Numbered from the stretch's first letter, positions 9,975 through 28,283 are shown. The stretch is 64,000 nucleotides of DNA from Bigelowiella natans CCMP2755 (GCA_000320545.1 ADNK01000035.1:62001-126000), one strand, 5' to 3'. Program-made: numbers and translations. The notes: generated by a model not told the origin, from the letters alone.

Positions 9975-12900
9975 ATGAATATGTTACGGCAACAAACACT
10001 GTTTCATTCGGTAGGAGCTGCGGTCGGGTTTTCGATCCTTCTCACTACTTTAATCGGTCTGCCACGCAACTATATCAACTTACGCTTATCGATAAGCTGG
10101 TACTATCTTCTCAACTGGCTTATCCTCATCAACTACAAGGCACGTCAGTTTGCTCCAAGAAGGCTGATTGCTTGGCTAAGCCACGAGCACAAGTGGATCG
10201 TCCCCGAGTTTATACGTCTCTTACTGACATTAGCAGGGTTTGGGTGGGGAACATGGTCTGTTACCTGGGTTGTGCCCCATGAGGCACTTTCCCCGACAAA
10301 CACCAAAGCTATAACTACCATTATTCTGGTCCTTGCATGCGGTGGGGTGGCGTGGAGACGGTTTCGACGCATAAACAACTTGGTCTTGCTACGATCTTTG
10401 AGGATTATAAGCGTGATCTTGTTGGTGTGGACTGGTGCGCTATGGTTTGAAAGTTTCTTCAACTTCTCGGGAAATATCATGTGGCTGATGAGCCCCCCAA
10501 ATACAAATCTAAAGGTGACTAGCGTATTATCGACGTAATGTATGAAAATTAAAGGAAGAATTGTGATGATAACCTATTCATGCTAACATTAGTTTATCGC
10601 ATCGGCGAAAAAACACGAGAACTAAAATCCAATAATATTGAAGGTTTGTGCTGTGTACGTCGCCACTTTTGACGAGTCGCCAAGAATGGCAGATCTAGTG
10701 CCAGCCATGAGGGAACACGTTAGGAGGCAGCTAGAAGGTGCAGAATGGTTCGTCTATAACGGTACAAAGGTCTGAACAATATCGCAATTTATTTAAAATA
10801 TTCGTAAAATATGGCGGAAAACCATGAAGATTCCATGTTATGGTCTTAAGAGACCTTTCGTAAAACTAATATGGTTCGATTTCATTGAAGTATTCAAATC
10901 ACCAAAACGCAAATATGTTTTAGAGCAAATTTAATCATGTCCTTTTTTTTGTCTTTAATTGTCTCATTTGTGCGTGCGCTTTAGAGCAACATATAATAAC
11001 AACTTGTCGCCTTTCGACTTTTAAAAACTCAGATGCCGAGGACACTGGACAAAGACACGTCTGATCCAATCATAATTGACCTCATCAATAAGGCAATAAT
11101 AAAAGATATCGTCATTTTATCCTTACGCTGACGATACACATGACATTATTTTAGAAATTTTAGTTACTAGATAAATGTAATAATAACACTAAAGAATAAT
11201 ATCATAGCCTCTGATTTGGCCAATTACGTAGGGTTACATCTCTAGCGATGCATTTGAGCATGCATCATGCGGGAGGAAAGGGAAGCAGCGGTGCTTGCAG
11301 GTGTTGGATTAATCATGACCATATCATTAGACCAATGTTTGAAAAATACTTGTTCTTAATTAACTACAACAATAACTACTACTACTTTGATAATTTTGTA
11401 GTCGTCGGTTGACTGACTGGTTGACCTTGAACTACTCTTCTTTTACCTTATTATAGTTTTCATTGACTGATTATGATTGCGGATTGTTTCGTTCAGCCAA
11501 ATATTCGATTTGATAAACGGGTCCCAAATCTTGGTGCAGCTATGGGGCATATTCATATTTTGGAAGTATGTACGAACCATAAAGACGAAGAAAAGCCCTA
11601 ATAATAATGATAAAAGTGACTAAATCATCAATATCTGTACTTTCAAGGGTTTCAACTTATTTAAAAATATCGTCGTTGTTGTTTTCTTTCTTTCTCTCAT
11701 TTTATCAATCAAACAGCGGTTTGTGAAAGACCACGTTGATGACAGGAGATGCGTGGCCCTAGTTTTGGAGGTGAATAGAATGCACGAATGCTGCATTTTC
11801 TACGAGAATCTTTTCTTCTTCCTCACACGTCTCTTTTTGATGTAATTGATGATTATAGGATGATGCAATCTTGAAGAAAGGTTTCGCTGCCACACTATCA
11901 ACGGAACTGTCTACCATCCCGTCTGGATGGGACATTGTTTCCCTAGAAGGCTCAAATAAGGTAGTACGAAGAAGAAGGAGAAGGACGAGGCGGCAATATC
12001 GTCGACGTCTAACAACACAACAAACGCATCTTGAACGCATTAGCACGCCATGACAAAGAGCATCCTTTTTTGTTCGTGAAAAGATGGAGAAGTAATGAAG
12101 AAGACGAGGAGAACTTTACATCATTAGATATCTCTTAAGTGTACAATTAATTCCCCCCTATCCATTCATTCATTCATTTATTCACCAAATCACATTATTG
12201 CCTTCGATCCAGGCTTGCACATGGGGAGTATGGCAAAGCGAGGGACTGAACCTCTGGCATCCAATGAAGTTATCGGAACACTACAATTATATGCCTCCAA
12301 CCTCTTGGGCTGGCGTGTACACAGGTCGAAGATAATTGGAAAAGTTACATTAGTGGACAGAAAAATATCCTTGACTATTATTATTCTGCTAATCAGGTGG
12401 TTACCTTGTTACAACTATGGGAGCAATGCGGATTCTCAATAAATTACCGGTCCTTAATTCTATAACTACTGCTTAGTATGCATACGTAGCAATGATCTTC
12501 ACCATTGATCATCCTCATCATGTTGATCTATTATTATCCTCAGTTGACTTCTAACATCGACACATGGATCAATGCGTTGGCCTTCTACAATTACATATCT
12601 CTTTATGTGCGTTGCCCAGGTAATAATTGATAGTTTTTATAGAGTATATTTTGATTGTGTATCTTGCAGTTGCAGCAGCGCAGCATGGAGTACTACTATT
12701 TCCTAGTGTAATGGACAGAAACCAAGTTACAACTGTACTATTCTCAATGCTTGATTTATTTGTCTCGTTACAAGTCAAAATACAAGCAGCAGCCTGAAAT
12801 TTTATATCGCCGTCAACACCATCCATCCCCACCAACCACCGTCTGTCAAATAGGATTGGTGACTCAAGGATCAGCAATGGAAGGGATGCAAATTCCGTCA

Positions 12901-13135
12901 CTCACAGCTGAGTAGAAGCTTTTGAACACCCACAACACCTACCACACCTATCACATTATTCATTCAATTAAATGCATCATTTGAGCACGTTACTAATACA
13001 TGTCACATCGTTTTGCTCAGAGCGGGTCCAAAATATGACAAGGGTGTGTGGCGTGCATTACTTGAGACGCCTCCTGGAAGCACTCCGGTACCCAAGGAAT
13101 CAATTGTACCTTCACCAACTCATAGCAGGGAATAG
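9975..13135 (+). CDS. Glycosyltransferase family 25-like protein with multi-TM N-terminus, multi-exon (start may lie further upstream, ~9.73 kb)
   Basis: Spliced exons give VCAVYVATFDESPRM, NLGAAMGHIHILE, CVALVLE|DDAIL..PSGWDIVSL, GYLVTTMGAMRILNKLP and NIDTWIN, matching the GT25 motifs GxxxSH, LILEDD, WDxxxL and YxxxxxGAxxLL. Stop TAG at 13133-13135. Confidence 0.8.
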
Positions 13136-13249
13136 AAAATAAACTGATCAACATCCTAAAATGAGATTAGTAGAAATTAGTGTGAATTTTATTGGAAACC
13201 ATTTTAGCTTCCACAATTTGCGTACCACGCCTGAATACACCAGCGTTCT

Positions 13250-14460
13250 TTATTTGATACGCATGCCATCGTTGGCGCAATTGCAGAACATGGTTTTTAA
13301 ACTTACAGATCTGCAATGCAATTAATATTTATATTAGCCATGATGATCCACAAGTATACAATTGCGAATATTTTATCGGTCATGCATTGGCGGTGTATGA
13401 TGTAAATATTTTCTACATCTAACAAAGAAAGCTGCAAATAACGTTGCATCGTAAATTTGACGAAATGTTTGTGGTGATTCAAAAGGATAGCTTTGTTCCA
13501 AACAAAATTTGGCTGCTAGCATGCAATCTAGCAATGTTCCGAAAATTCTGCATCAGCACGCTAGCATGTATATTCGATTCTGAGATGCTCGTCAGCACGA
13601 TGAGCTAGTTGTGTTGCCTTATAGCCATGTGCACATTGAGATGACAATTCTAGAATTTTTAATAGATGTATGTAACATCTCATATACATTCATTCTATCA
13701 CGTATGGTATCGTACTAGCACACAACATGTGTGTTACATTACTTTATGTCATGTGCCATATCTCATACATGTGTTGTGTGCACAACACATGTGCAACATC
13801 ACTTGTCAAGCTACAAGCAATGTTTGACAGTGCACTATCTACTCGCAGTGTCATCGCTGCCAAAAATCTACACCGCTAGACCGTCTTTCCGCGCATGCGG
13901 CCAAATGCAATCATCGAAATGTGATTTCAACTACCAATCTAGCAATCTCTAGATCTGTATCCGCAAGTCTAGAAGTGCTGGCGGAGCAGACACACACTAG
14001 CACAGAGCTACCATCGAAACTAGTAAAATTTGAACATTGTGCCCTCGTGCTAGCGCAACACTTTTAACAATCGAATCTAGGAATGATATAAAGTTTGCAT
14101 GGCGCCGCTCATTATCATTAGTTACAGTGCGGAATCGTGTGCGCCTGATTTAGCTTTTCGCTGGCAAGCTAGCTAGCTGGTGCACAACATGGTTGGCATG
14201 CGCTCAACAATGTGATGTTCGAGGCTGCGGTTGGCGCAATATTGCGAGATGTGTTAACTATGTGCACACGATAGATCACACGTTTTTCGAGAGCTGTTAC
14301 TGTACGATATAAAAATTCGATTCCGAGGAACAGGATATATTCTCCGTGTGTGCACAGCAAACTATGGACACAATCGCGGATGCAGCCATGGATCAGTGCG
14401 CAGCAACTTACTCGCACATAGAAAACAAGCGAAGCAATTTCAGTTTGTATATAGATAACG
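13250..14460. other. CTAG/CATG/TGCA-rich intergenic island 1 (convergent junction)
   Basis: Dense GCTAGC, GCATGC, TGCA and ACATGT words; no credible ORF. Confidence 0.7.
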
Positions 14461-14469
14461 ATTACTGTT

Positions 14470-18185
<3,716 letters not shown>

Positions 18186-18430
18186 GAGATAGATACGTGG
18201 GGGGTATGTGTATATATCTGTACTCTTCTGTGCTCCTCGTCGTCGCTACCACACCACAAGAGCTGCTTTATCGCAGAGGATATCACCATGTACGACAACT
18301 TCAAATTCATGTCGTATCTGTATGAATTACCTTCATTCTTTCGGACAATGCCCACACCAATAACAACAACAATAACAACAACTACAGTTAGTTCTAGTCT
18401 GCATTCCTACACATATTATTCGGTATTATT

Positions 18431-18549
18431 CACCGAGGTGATTGTTATAGTGGATGTTAGTCACAAATTTTGCTATGTTTTGCCATGCAAGTTTTGACTT
18501 TCGCAATGTCCGTTATAAGACAACATCCACTATGAAAATCACTTCGGTG
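18431..18549. mobile_element. MITE-like element / 28-bp inverted repeat
   Basis: CACCGAGGTGATTGTTATAGTGGATGTT (18431-18458) versus the reverse complement of 18522-18549, CACCGAAGTGATTTTCATAGTGGATGTT: 25/28 identical. Confidence 0.6.
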
Positions 18550-18595
18550 TAACAACATAGCTGGGAAGTCAAGGGCGCGAAAAGAATAACTAGAT

Positions 18596-18596
<1 letters not shown>

Positions 18597-18628
<32 letters not shown>

Positions 18629-18635
18629 AACAACT

Positions 18636-18675
<40 letters not shown>

Positions 18676-18743
18676 CTACAACAACAACAACAACTACAAC
18701 AACTACAACAACAACAACAACAACTACAACAACTACAACAACA
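18597..18743 (+). repeat. (TAAC)n followed by (CAA/CTA)n microsatellite
   Basis: Direct reading. Confidence 0.95.
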
Positions 18744-18857
18744 CGTTGAACGAAGGAATAGATACACAACAATACACACACACACCTACAAACTGTACAC
18801 GAGTAGTAGAAACGAACAAACAAACAAAGGAAGGGGGGAGCTAAGAACTTATTATAC

Positions 18858-21840
18858 ATGAGCTGGAATTGCAGCGCATGTACCTACATCAATACAGCGA
18901 CGGCTGTTCGATGTGAAATGTGTGGCGCTAACAAACCTGTGCTACCAACATTAACCAATCGTGCACCGGGATCAACAGGGTGAGTGGTTCGACATAGTAG
19001 CTGGGAAGGAAATAAATCTCATGGAAATGTTGCTCTGTATGTCTCGTGTTGTCTGCACCCTCATAAAGCAAATAAAACTATTTTGTATCGATTAGAATCG
19101 CGTTAAATCATTGTTATTTGCAGTGTTGCTCCTGGAGGCTCCTCATCGAAGTCCAGAGCAGCAGCAGTAACAACTGCTAACAAAGGAAAGAAGGATCGCC
19201 CACCTATTCGACCCGTGCCACCGATTAAGAATGAACTCCTCGTTGTAGTTCGATGTAGAAACTTGGCCAAGGGAACCAATCCTCAAATAAAAATCCAACA
19301 GCAGGGGAAAACCATTGCAAAGACGGAGCCTATCAAAAAGACTACCGATCCTTCTTTCCCTTATATATCAATTGATGTGGGACGAATTAACAAGGTAGTA
19401 GTAGATCTGACGTCTACATGAGGTCCACAAATCAGCAAGAAGAAGTATAATAAGCTGTATTGTTATACTTGTGCAGGCCGATAGGTTATCCTTCTGCTTG
19501 ATAAACAATAAAGGGTTGATGGGATCGAAGAAGATGGGGGAAACGAAGGTCTCCTTTCGATCCCTGCAGAACATGTAACTAAAACAAATACCACCAATTA
19601 ATATATTCCGTTTGTAAAATGAGCGTACGAACTCAGGTTTCCAAGTCGCGATTACGCTCTGTATCTTAAAGATCATGAGGGGAAGGATATTAAACCTGCA
19701 CAGTGCTTTTTTAGAAGGTATGAAATAGTAAATTTATCTACATCGCCAATCACATCGAATAGCTTATATTAAAGAGAGTTGTGCAGCCTCTGAACGTTGT
19801 TATGATCACCACCTATTATCATTAGGGTTCTACGGAAATCTGAGCAGAAGGAATACGACTTGAGGCTGAATGAGTTTCGTAAGTATCGTGATAGGTATAC
19901 TACCTCTCTTCCATATCCCTCTTAAATGAAATAAAGCGGAATAATAAGTACAACGAGACTGATGAATCATAACTATCATTATTGGCATTATTAGCATCAA
20001 CATTACCATCGTTCATCATATCATCTAGTGACAGAAAATGATACGACGTTTGGTTATCAGGTATAATAAAAAGAAAAAAAGAGAACAAGAAGAAGCTGCG
20101 AAGGTAGCACAAAATGCAGCAGCAGTTGTCACAAATAATGCCTTGGAGGATGTAGATGTTGCAAGTCCTACGCAGCAGCAGCCTCAACTGCCACCCTCAC
20201 AACATCTCTTGCACTCGTCACGCGATCATCCAGAAAAATCCACAAAAGTTACTGCAAGTAGTACCGCTGCTGTTGGTAATGATACTATTGCCAATAAAGC
20301 GGAGTTGAAGCTGAATGGTGCTGCATCTGAAAATGTTGGTGCTGCCTCAAAAAATACACTACTTCCACGTGAAATGAGTCGTCCACAAACTCCAGAACAG
20401 CAAGCTGCTGGTGTTGGGGAAAGAGCGGATGATCATCACCAGCACAATAGTAATCCGGCCAACCAGCCTCCTCAGCCTCCTGGTGGTGTTCCTGGTAGCG
20501 ATCTTATCAGCAGCGGGAATATGATGACTACTCCAGCTAAAGAGGTTGTAGTGGTAGTGTTAGTTGTTGTTGTTGTTGTGTTTAAGTAGTAGATACATTA
20601 GCAGCGTAAATTAATAGTAGTGGTTTTAGTTAATATATGTTAATTGCGTGAATTAATAGCAGTGGTTGTAGTTGTTATCTATCATGGTGGTGGTCAAGGT
20701 AGTGGTAGTAGCAATAGTAGTAGTAGTAGTAGTAGTAGTAGCTGATTGTTACGATCGGTAGTAGCAGCACTCAAAATTACGTGTTTTCGTAGCATTTAAT
20801 TTTGAGTCATATTTCTCATGCACGTGCATACGTGTCTGGATTTGATGATATCGATAGTCCAAGAAGAAAACTAAGCGCAAGAAGAAGAAGAAGCGAGGCT
20901 CCTGCAAGAAGAAGAATGCTGGCGCAAAGGGTGGAGGTGTTGATTTCAACTTTGATGATGATGGCGATGATGGGTTCGGTGGAGATCCGTTTGCTTCTGC
21001 TGGTGCTTCCACAAATAATCCTGGTAATCCTAGCAAAATAAATCAACATGCTGCTGCTGCTGGTGCTGCCCCTGACTTTGGCGAAGATCCATTCGGAGAA
21101 GGAGGAGGAGGAGGAGGAGGAGAAAGAAATCCACCCGCGAGAAGTGCTGCCAACAATGACGATGGGCTGTTTGACGGATTTAGTGAAGATCCGTTCTCTT
21201 CTCATGCTCCTGCAGCAGCAGCAGTAGCAGCAACAGCAGGATTAGCTACTAATCCTGCTGTTGATGGATTTGATGACGGCAATGCTTTTGGTACCGATGA
21301 TGACCCCTTCGGTGTTAGCGAAGCTTCACCACCTACTACAGCAGGTGCTGAAAACAAGTTACAGGAAGAATTAAAGAAGAAGAAAAAGAATAAGTCTGCG
21401 CCACCCCCAATGCCAACCCAACCAACGCCACTGCCTCCTCCTGCAAGGAAGCAGCAGAAAAAGAAGGAGAAGGAGGAAGAAGAAAAGAAGAAAGGTCCCC
21501 GTGCAAACAAAACCAGTGCAACGGGGGGACCACGTATGCCCCCCAGGATGCCGTCCAAGCCCCCCCCACCCATTGCTACTTTGCAACCAAAGAAGAAAAT
21601 TGGAAACAGCGGTATTGTTTCACCTCAATCAATAATAGTGTATCCACGCTTTGATCTTGTCGTCGTCATCTTTTTCTCGTTTTTCTGACTTATGTAACTT
21701 AAATATTCTAGTCCAGGCAAAAACTAGTTAGCATAGGATTAGGCATCATGAGGATCATTATTTTCCATTCCTCCTGTGATTCTTTATCTTATGATTCTCG
21801 TATGATTATGAGGTGACTTTCTCTTCTCCTCCTACCCCTG

Positions 21841-21876
<36 letters not shown>

Positions 21877-22792
21877 TTATAACCATTTACGACATAGAAA
21901 AACCGAAAGTAGTAATACTTGAACAACAACAACAACAACAACCACAAGGTGGCGGCCAGAAACAAGGGACTAACAATGGAACGACTACCACTCCCAACGT
22001 GGAAAGACTTGTCAGCCCCGATCGCCCCCCTCTGATGACGGATATGTTCCAAGACGATGATGATGATGATGATGAGGAAGATCACGTAGAAGACGAGTCA
22101 CTGTTTACTACCAATGTATTCCAGGATGATAAATCTCCTCCTGAAGATTGGAAGAAACCACAAGAGCAGAAGGGCGGTGATGATATAAATGTCAATAGTG
22201 CAGATGTCGTTGCTGCTTCTTCTTCTGCTGCTGCTACTACTACCACAACCATGATTGATGATGTCAAGGTTACCAACAACGCTGCGTGTACTGCTGCTAC
22301 AAGTAATTTGGACGATCCCAATCCTGTGGTCATTAAGGAGAGGAGGAAAGTTCCTACATATACTACTATTCCAGAAGTTGTTCACGCAACATCGGAGACT
22401 AGCATGATTGCAAGATCCACGTCAGAAAATAATCATGCAGGTTCTATTGCAACTACATCTCTACAGCAGCCATCCATCATCACCCCTCCCTTATTAATAT
22501 GTTCCAAGAAAATATGGGTTATTCTAATCTATTTGTTTTTTCCTTGTGCTGATAAATCTCGCACAGAATTAAAGAAGATAGAGAATGAACGTGATGAAGC
22601 TCTCCTTAGGATTAAAAGATATGAGAAGGAGGTACGTTCTATCCAAATAAAGATCAGTAAAACATAGTAGTAGTAGTAGCAGTAGTAGTAGTAGTAGTAG
22701 TAATGGTGGTAGTGTTGTAGCAGCTCGAGATAGTAATCATGTAATGACTAGATACCTGCCAATCAATCTGTTCTTTTTTTTTCAATTAACAT

Positions 22793-22876
<84 letters not shown>

Positions 22877-23727
22877 GTAATAATAGTAATACTTGTTATT
22901 TGTTGTTGGTATAATAATCTCATATAAATAGCTGGGAGGACTACGATTGAAGCTGGCTTCTGCGACATCTCTCAAAGTAGCGGCTGAGGCCGAGGCCCGC
23001 ACCACGCAGGAGGGGGGAGGCAGCGATGAAAACTTGCAGCGCCTAAAGAAGGCGCTTGAAGAAAGTCATGGTGCTAAATTGTCTGAGGTGAAAAAGGTCG
23101 CAGCGAAGCGCGAGCGAGAGCTTAAGGCTACCATTGAAGAATTGCAGGAAGCCAAACGTGAATCTGCCAAATCCCATGACTTGATAGTGACGGAGCGAGA
23201 CACATTCAAAGAGAGCGCTGATACAGCATGCATACAAGTTGGGCGACTGCAGGATCAACTATCAAGGATGCAAGATGAACTTAACACCACTAAAGCCGAG
23301 AGAGATAAGCTTAAAGATGCCATTTCTTTGAAAAAGGGCATTGAGGGGGAGGCCATAGAGCTTAAAGGCAAAATTGTTACACTCGAAGCTTCAGTAGAGC
23401 GATTGGAGAATCAAGCAAAAATAGCAGATGCTGCTCAAGCTAAAGCGCAAGCTCAAGCTGCTCAAGCCCAGAAGGTAGCAGAGGATGCTAAAGCCGCGAA
23501 AAGTGAGATGCAAAGTCAAATGAGTGCCAAGATTATGCAAGCTAGTAACGAAGCGAGAAAGGCAGCACAGATAGCGATTTCCAAGGCAGCTGGAAAGGAG
23601 GCTGATGCTCGCAAAAAGGCGGAGGAAAAAGTGACCATGCTGCAAATCGAGATGGAGACTATCAGAAGCGACCTTGCAGAGGCACAGATTGAAATCAATG
23701 ACCTTCAAGACACAAGGTATGTAGGCT

Positions 23728-23759
<32 letters not shown>

Positions 23760-25018
23760 TGTGGTAGTAGCAGTACCCAGCATCGTCGTTGTTGCCTTTG
23801 CATTATGTAATCTCCAGCCATCATCATTTAGTCTACTCTTGTAATGTTGTGTTTTCGCAGATGTAGTTGAGATTATTACTAGTAATACAATGAGTCGTTT
23901 GTTGGTTGTCGGTCGTTCGTTGAAAAAGGGACGATGCTCTCCGGACAGTTCAGGAGGAGTTGATCGATAGTCAGGATGCAGAGGAAGCCGCGAGGGCCGA
24001 CTTAGAACATGCACGCAAAGAGATCAACAAACTGAGAGCCCGCCTTGCTTCCGCGCATGAAGAACTAGAAGGCGCTCATCAGCAGATTAATCAAATGATT
24101 GCTGACAAAAAGCGATACCAACCTTCTCCTAACACCACCACCACTACAACAGCAGCAGCAGCAGCAGCAGCAGGTCTCATTAATTCTTCTCGGCCTGGTT
24201 CTGCTGACCCTAGAATTAGTCGCAACACTATTACGATGACCTCAGCTGCTAATATGAGGGTAGGAACCAAAGCAGCAGCAGCAGCAGTAGGCGGACTACG
24301 ATCGGGCACACCTGCAGGATCGAAGACGATATCGACTAATGATGCCAGTGGAGGAGGAGGAGGAGGAGGAGGAGGAGGAGGAGGAAGGGGAGAGGGGCAT
24401 AATAGTGAATCGATAGCTCTTCTTAAAGCTTACCGCGGTGCTCTGTACAAGTTTTGTGGTCAGGGACTTGCATTAGCCGTTGTGTTGGCAGAAATCAGGA
24501 AGATCCCCAAATTAGCACCTGGTTTACTACCAGTCATCACTGTTTTTGGCCAGGTCAGTGATGATAAAGTAGATAGTACTTGACGTTGTTATTTGATAGC
24601 ATTTGTTTGTCTGTGGTATATCATTTATCTATCTATCTATCTATCTTCAGGTGCATCAGGCCCTGTTTAAGATTCGACTTCCACAATACATGAAAGCAAT
24701 GGAAAGCAGCGTCTTGTCGCCGATGTTTAGCAGCTCTAATGCGATTAAAGGAGCAATCACCCAGTTTGCGAAGATGGAAGCCAATTTCTTCTCATCCCTG
24801 AAAAAAGGTTTCTTCGCGTTGCAAAATGCACTCGCACAAGGACCAGAAGGAAAAGCTACATCCCAAAGGTTAGCAAAGCACCCTCTTTTTCGCATTATTA
24901 CGGATGGATGGATGGGTGGATGGATGGTGGCATTTCTTCACCAAAAAATTGAAATTAAATCAACTGCAATAATCTATGTGTTATGTGTGTGTGTGTGTGT
25001 GTGGTATTTATTGGGGTA

Positions 25019-25056
<38 letters not shown>

Positions 25057-25216
25057 GATGTAGTGACCGAGAGGAAGCACAGTGCTTTGAACACATGGGT
25101 ACAAAAATGGCGAAAGCGCTGACAGCGTATGCCTCAGCTTTGAACGACTTTGTGGTAGTAGGAACATCTAGATAATCTTATTGTTTTCCACCATAATTCT
25201 ATATGTTCTACGTCGT

Positions 25217-25249
<33 letters not shown>

Positions 25250-25980
25250 TGTATTATCAGTAGCGGTTAGTTGTTTCATAATTTGCAACTTGTTGTTTTG
25301 GCTGCTGAGTCAGCGTCTGATGGGATAATGTTAATTCATACTACTCTTTTGGGATATGCTAATTTGATACTGTTCCTTTAGACGGACTCGGAACGATTTA
25401 CAGCATCGATGAAAGCCATTGTATATGATTTATTCCTTTTCAAAATACTGTTTTGTGTCCTCGTGGTTCTATCTTCAGTCTTCATTTGTATTGTTCGTCT
25501 AAATAATATAAACAAGAATTAATTTCAGAGCTAATCAATGTCTTGTCGTTTTTCAGATTGAAAAGATTCCTGGGCCGGAGGATCAAGCTCTACAAGGACT
25601 CATAAAGTCGTAAAGTCGTTTCAACGAATTCATCTGAAAAAATAATATTGTTCTTTATCGAAGGTATCACAATTTGCTCAAGATGCAGACTTTGCCGCTC
25701 TTTCAAAAAATGCTAAAAGAGGTCATATGCCAGTAGTTAACATTCTATCCGAGTGCTTTCACGTCTTACCGATTATTATTCCAAAATCTGCAGATTGCCC
25801 AAGCAGCACCACGACGCGCCCAGTATGCTTTCATTGATCACTGGTGAGAGAGCTGCATCACAAATCATACAAAGCTGTTTTGGCTCATTTTTGGTTTTAT
25901 TATTTTAAACCTTACCCAGGAATGGACTTGCAACTTCAGTTATTCGCTTGGAAGTACATTTCTTCGATGCAGTCATGAAG
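18858..25980 (+). CDS. Large multi-exon protein: RanBP2/NZF zinc finger, C2 domain, DPF-motif low-complexity region, long coiled coil, helical C-terminus (3' end approximate)
   Basis: ATG 18858 reads MSWNCSACTYINTATAVRCEMCGANKP. C2-like VVVRCRNLAKGTNPQIKI..KTEPIKKTTDPSF..KMGETKVSF. Four DPF motifs lie in the 20.86-21.6 kb exon. Coiled-coil ORFs 22947..23810 and 23960..24583. Confidence 0.8.
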
Positions 25981-26129
25981 AACATGGTGATGACTACTCG
26001 AATCCTCCTTATTTATGGATATTTTATTTTTTGAATTGAGATCTGATATAGAATATGTCCACATATAGGAATCTATTCTTCAAATTCTGCAATAGGATAG
26101 AAATGAAGAAAATTTTCATTCTACCTAAT

Positions 26130-27230
26130 TAGTGAGTTATAGTTCTATATTGCAATCAATGCGACCAGGAAATGACAAATTTTATTGTAGCACTGCTTAT
26201 ATCTGCTGCTATATTTGTATCGTATGCTTACATATATCATCATGCATATTTGGTGCGCTAGCTGGACGTAGTAGCACGCATAGAACGCACAAGATGCGCT
26301 ATTTACTAATATGTCCCGCAGTTGTCTGCGGACTGCTAACTGGCTACAACTAATCCACTTGCTTGTGATGAGCACAGCCCTGACAATACAGCAACGAAGT
26401 GGTGCATCAGCTACGCTTGCTTCATTAAGGTGATCAGATGATGATGATGTGTGACATGTCTAGATGTGCATTTCGTACATCATATCGCTTCCTGACTCCA
26501 CAGCTTGTGGATGTCTACTAGTCTAAGCTGCAACAGACACATACTACTATACTACGTTATTTGCAAACCAGCATGCATGCTAGCATGTCTTTGATCATGC
26601 GTTGTCTGTCAAATTTTGCTTCCAAAGCATGCCTAGATGTGCATCGCTAGATTGCCTGCTAAAGGATGTAGGCATCGATTTAGCATCTTGGCAGCTGCTA
26701 GATAGAGCTGATTCATAAATATAGCCGGCGCTTTCATTACATTCTAGCATTGTACCCCATGCCTAGTATGCTAGCATGCACGCCATGACAATTAATTATT
26801 ACGTATACGCTACGACGTTTGCTCTCATGATTTTGCTTCATCACTTGAGAGATTAGCAGCGGACTTCGATGCATCTAGCTAGCTAGCTAGCTAGGCATGC
26901 TAGCATGGCGGACGAAGCGCAGACAGCCCCACGCACATGATCTTGTGTAAATTACGTGTAACTAGATCTGTGCATCGCATTTGTCATATGTATCTTGTTG
27001 GTTGCATCTGCCTTGATTATTTAGCCTTCCTTCAACATGTGCTGGTTTCATCAACTACTTTGCTCACTTTAAGCGGGTCATCTGTCTGTTAGCATCTAAA
27101 TGTGCATGTGACCCATGTGAGAAACTTGCGTTCATTTGCTCCTCAATAGATTTTGACTTAATGTGCACATGCCATGAAGGCTTTTGTCAGTATATCATCG
27201 ACATAACATGCACCATTGTATTTCAGCATC
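26130..27230. other. Intergenic island 2 (convergent junction)
   Basis: Same word usage, e.g. GCATCTAGCTAGCTAGCTAGCTAGGCATGCTAGCATG at 26871. Confidence 0.7.
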
Positions 27231-27234
27231 TATA

Positions 27235-27271
<37 letters not shown>

Positions 27272-27576
27272 TTGACATATATATCATCACATAGTATCAT
27301 GTTCGTTCAGCCGTTTTCTTAGGAATGGCAGAGACGACCGATGGCAACATTCGGAAGTATATATCGTTGTCGCGACAAAGCTTTCACTTTAAACCGTATT
27401 GTAGTATCAGAATCGAAAGACAAAAGAAGCTTAAACATCCTTTGAAGTCATTGCCAATCGGTGTATTCGTAAAGATGACCAGGAGACTCTGGTATATCTG
27501 CAACTTCCTCCGTGATTATTTACACTAACCTGCATTTGATTGAGCACTATCACAGATAATCTGGTGGATTTAATAA

Positions 27577-28238
27577 TTAGGCATTACAGTGACATTTTAG
27601 TGATAAAAAAATACTAATTAATTTATAGTTAATCAGCTTCTTCATATCTTTTTGTATCTTTTTCATTAAAAACTTACTATGGGAATTACATTCTTCTTCA
27701 GATTTCCGTGGCCCGGTGGCAAGGGATGATTTAAATGCCCCCATATTCTCATTCATTAGGTCTTTTTGTTCTTCAATTGCAGCTGTTTCTGCTTCCAGGA
27801 AGGCACTCACTGCAACTCGAAGACTTAACACATTAAAGGAGAAAAACTCAGTTGTTCTTCCGAAAATGTATTCAGTCAAAATCAAACACTGGGTACATGT
27901 ACATTTACTTCACTCGCATGACTACTTACTTCGGGTTGTGGATGTAATGTGATGAGCGAGTAATCGAAGCATCAAATCTTTATAACACAAAAAACAATTA
28001 TTTTTAGAACGAAGATTACATGTGATGTGTTACATCGTGATTTTATATAAAGAGGATAATGATAAAACATGCTGCTGTGTTCCTACTATACCCTCTCAGA
28101 AGTTTCCCTCCACCGCTGCTGCCTGCACCAGCTTCCATGCGAGTCATATTCTTCTCTATAACGTGTTGGATCAGACGGTAGTAACAGGCCTGGATTTAAA
28201 CAATAAGTGTTTCATTCAGACGACGCGGAAACATATTA

Positions 28239-28283
<45 letters not shown>

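Noticed and set aside
18597-18630. Telomere-like repeat
   Set aside because: It is (TAAC)n, short and internal, not TTAGGG-type.
18620-18859. Poly-Val ORF, and similar poly-Ile/Tyr/ER/CV ORFs elsewhere
   Set aside because: Translations of intronic or intergenic microsatellites.
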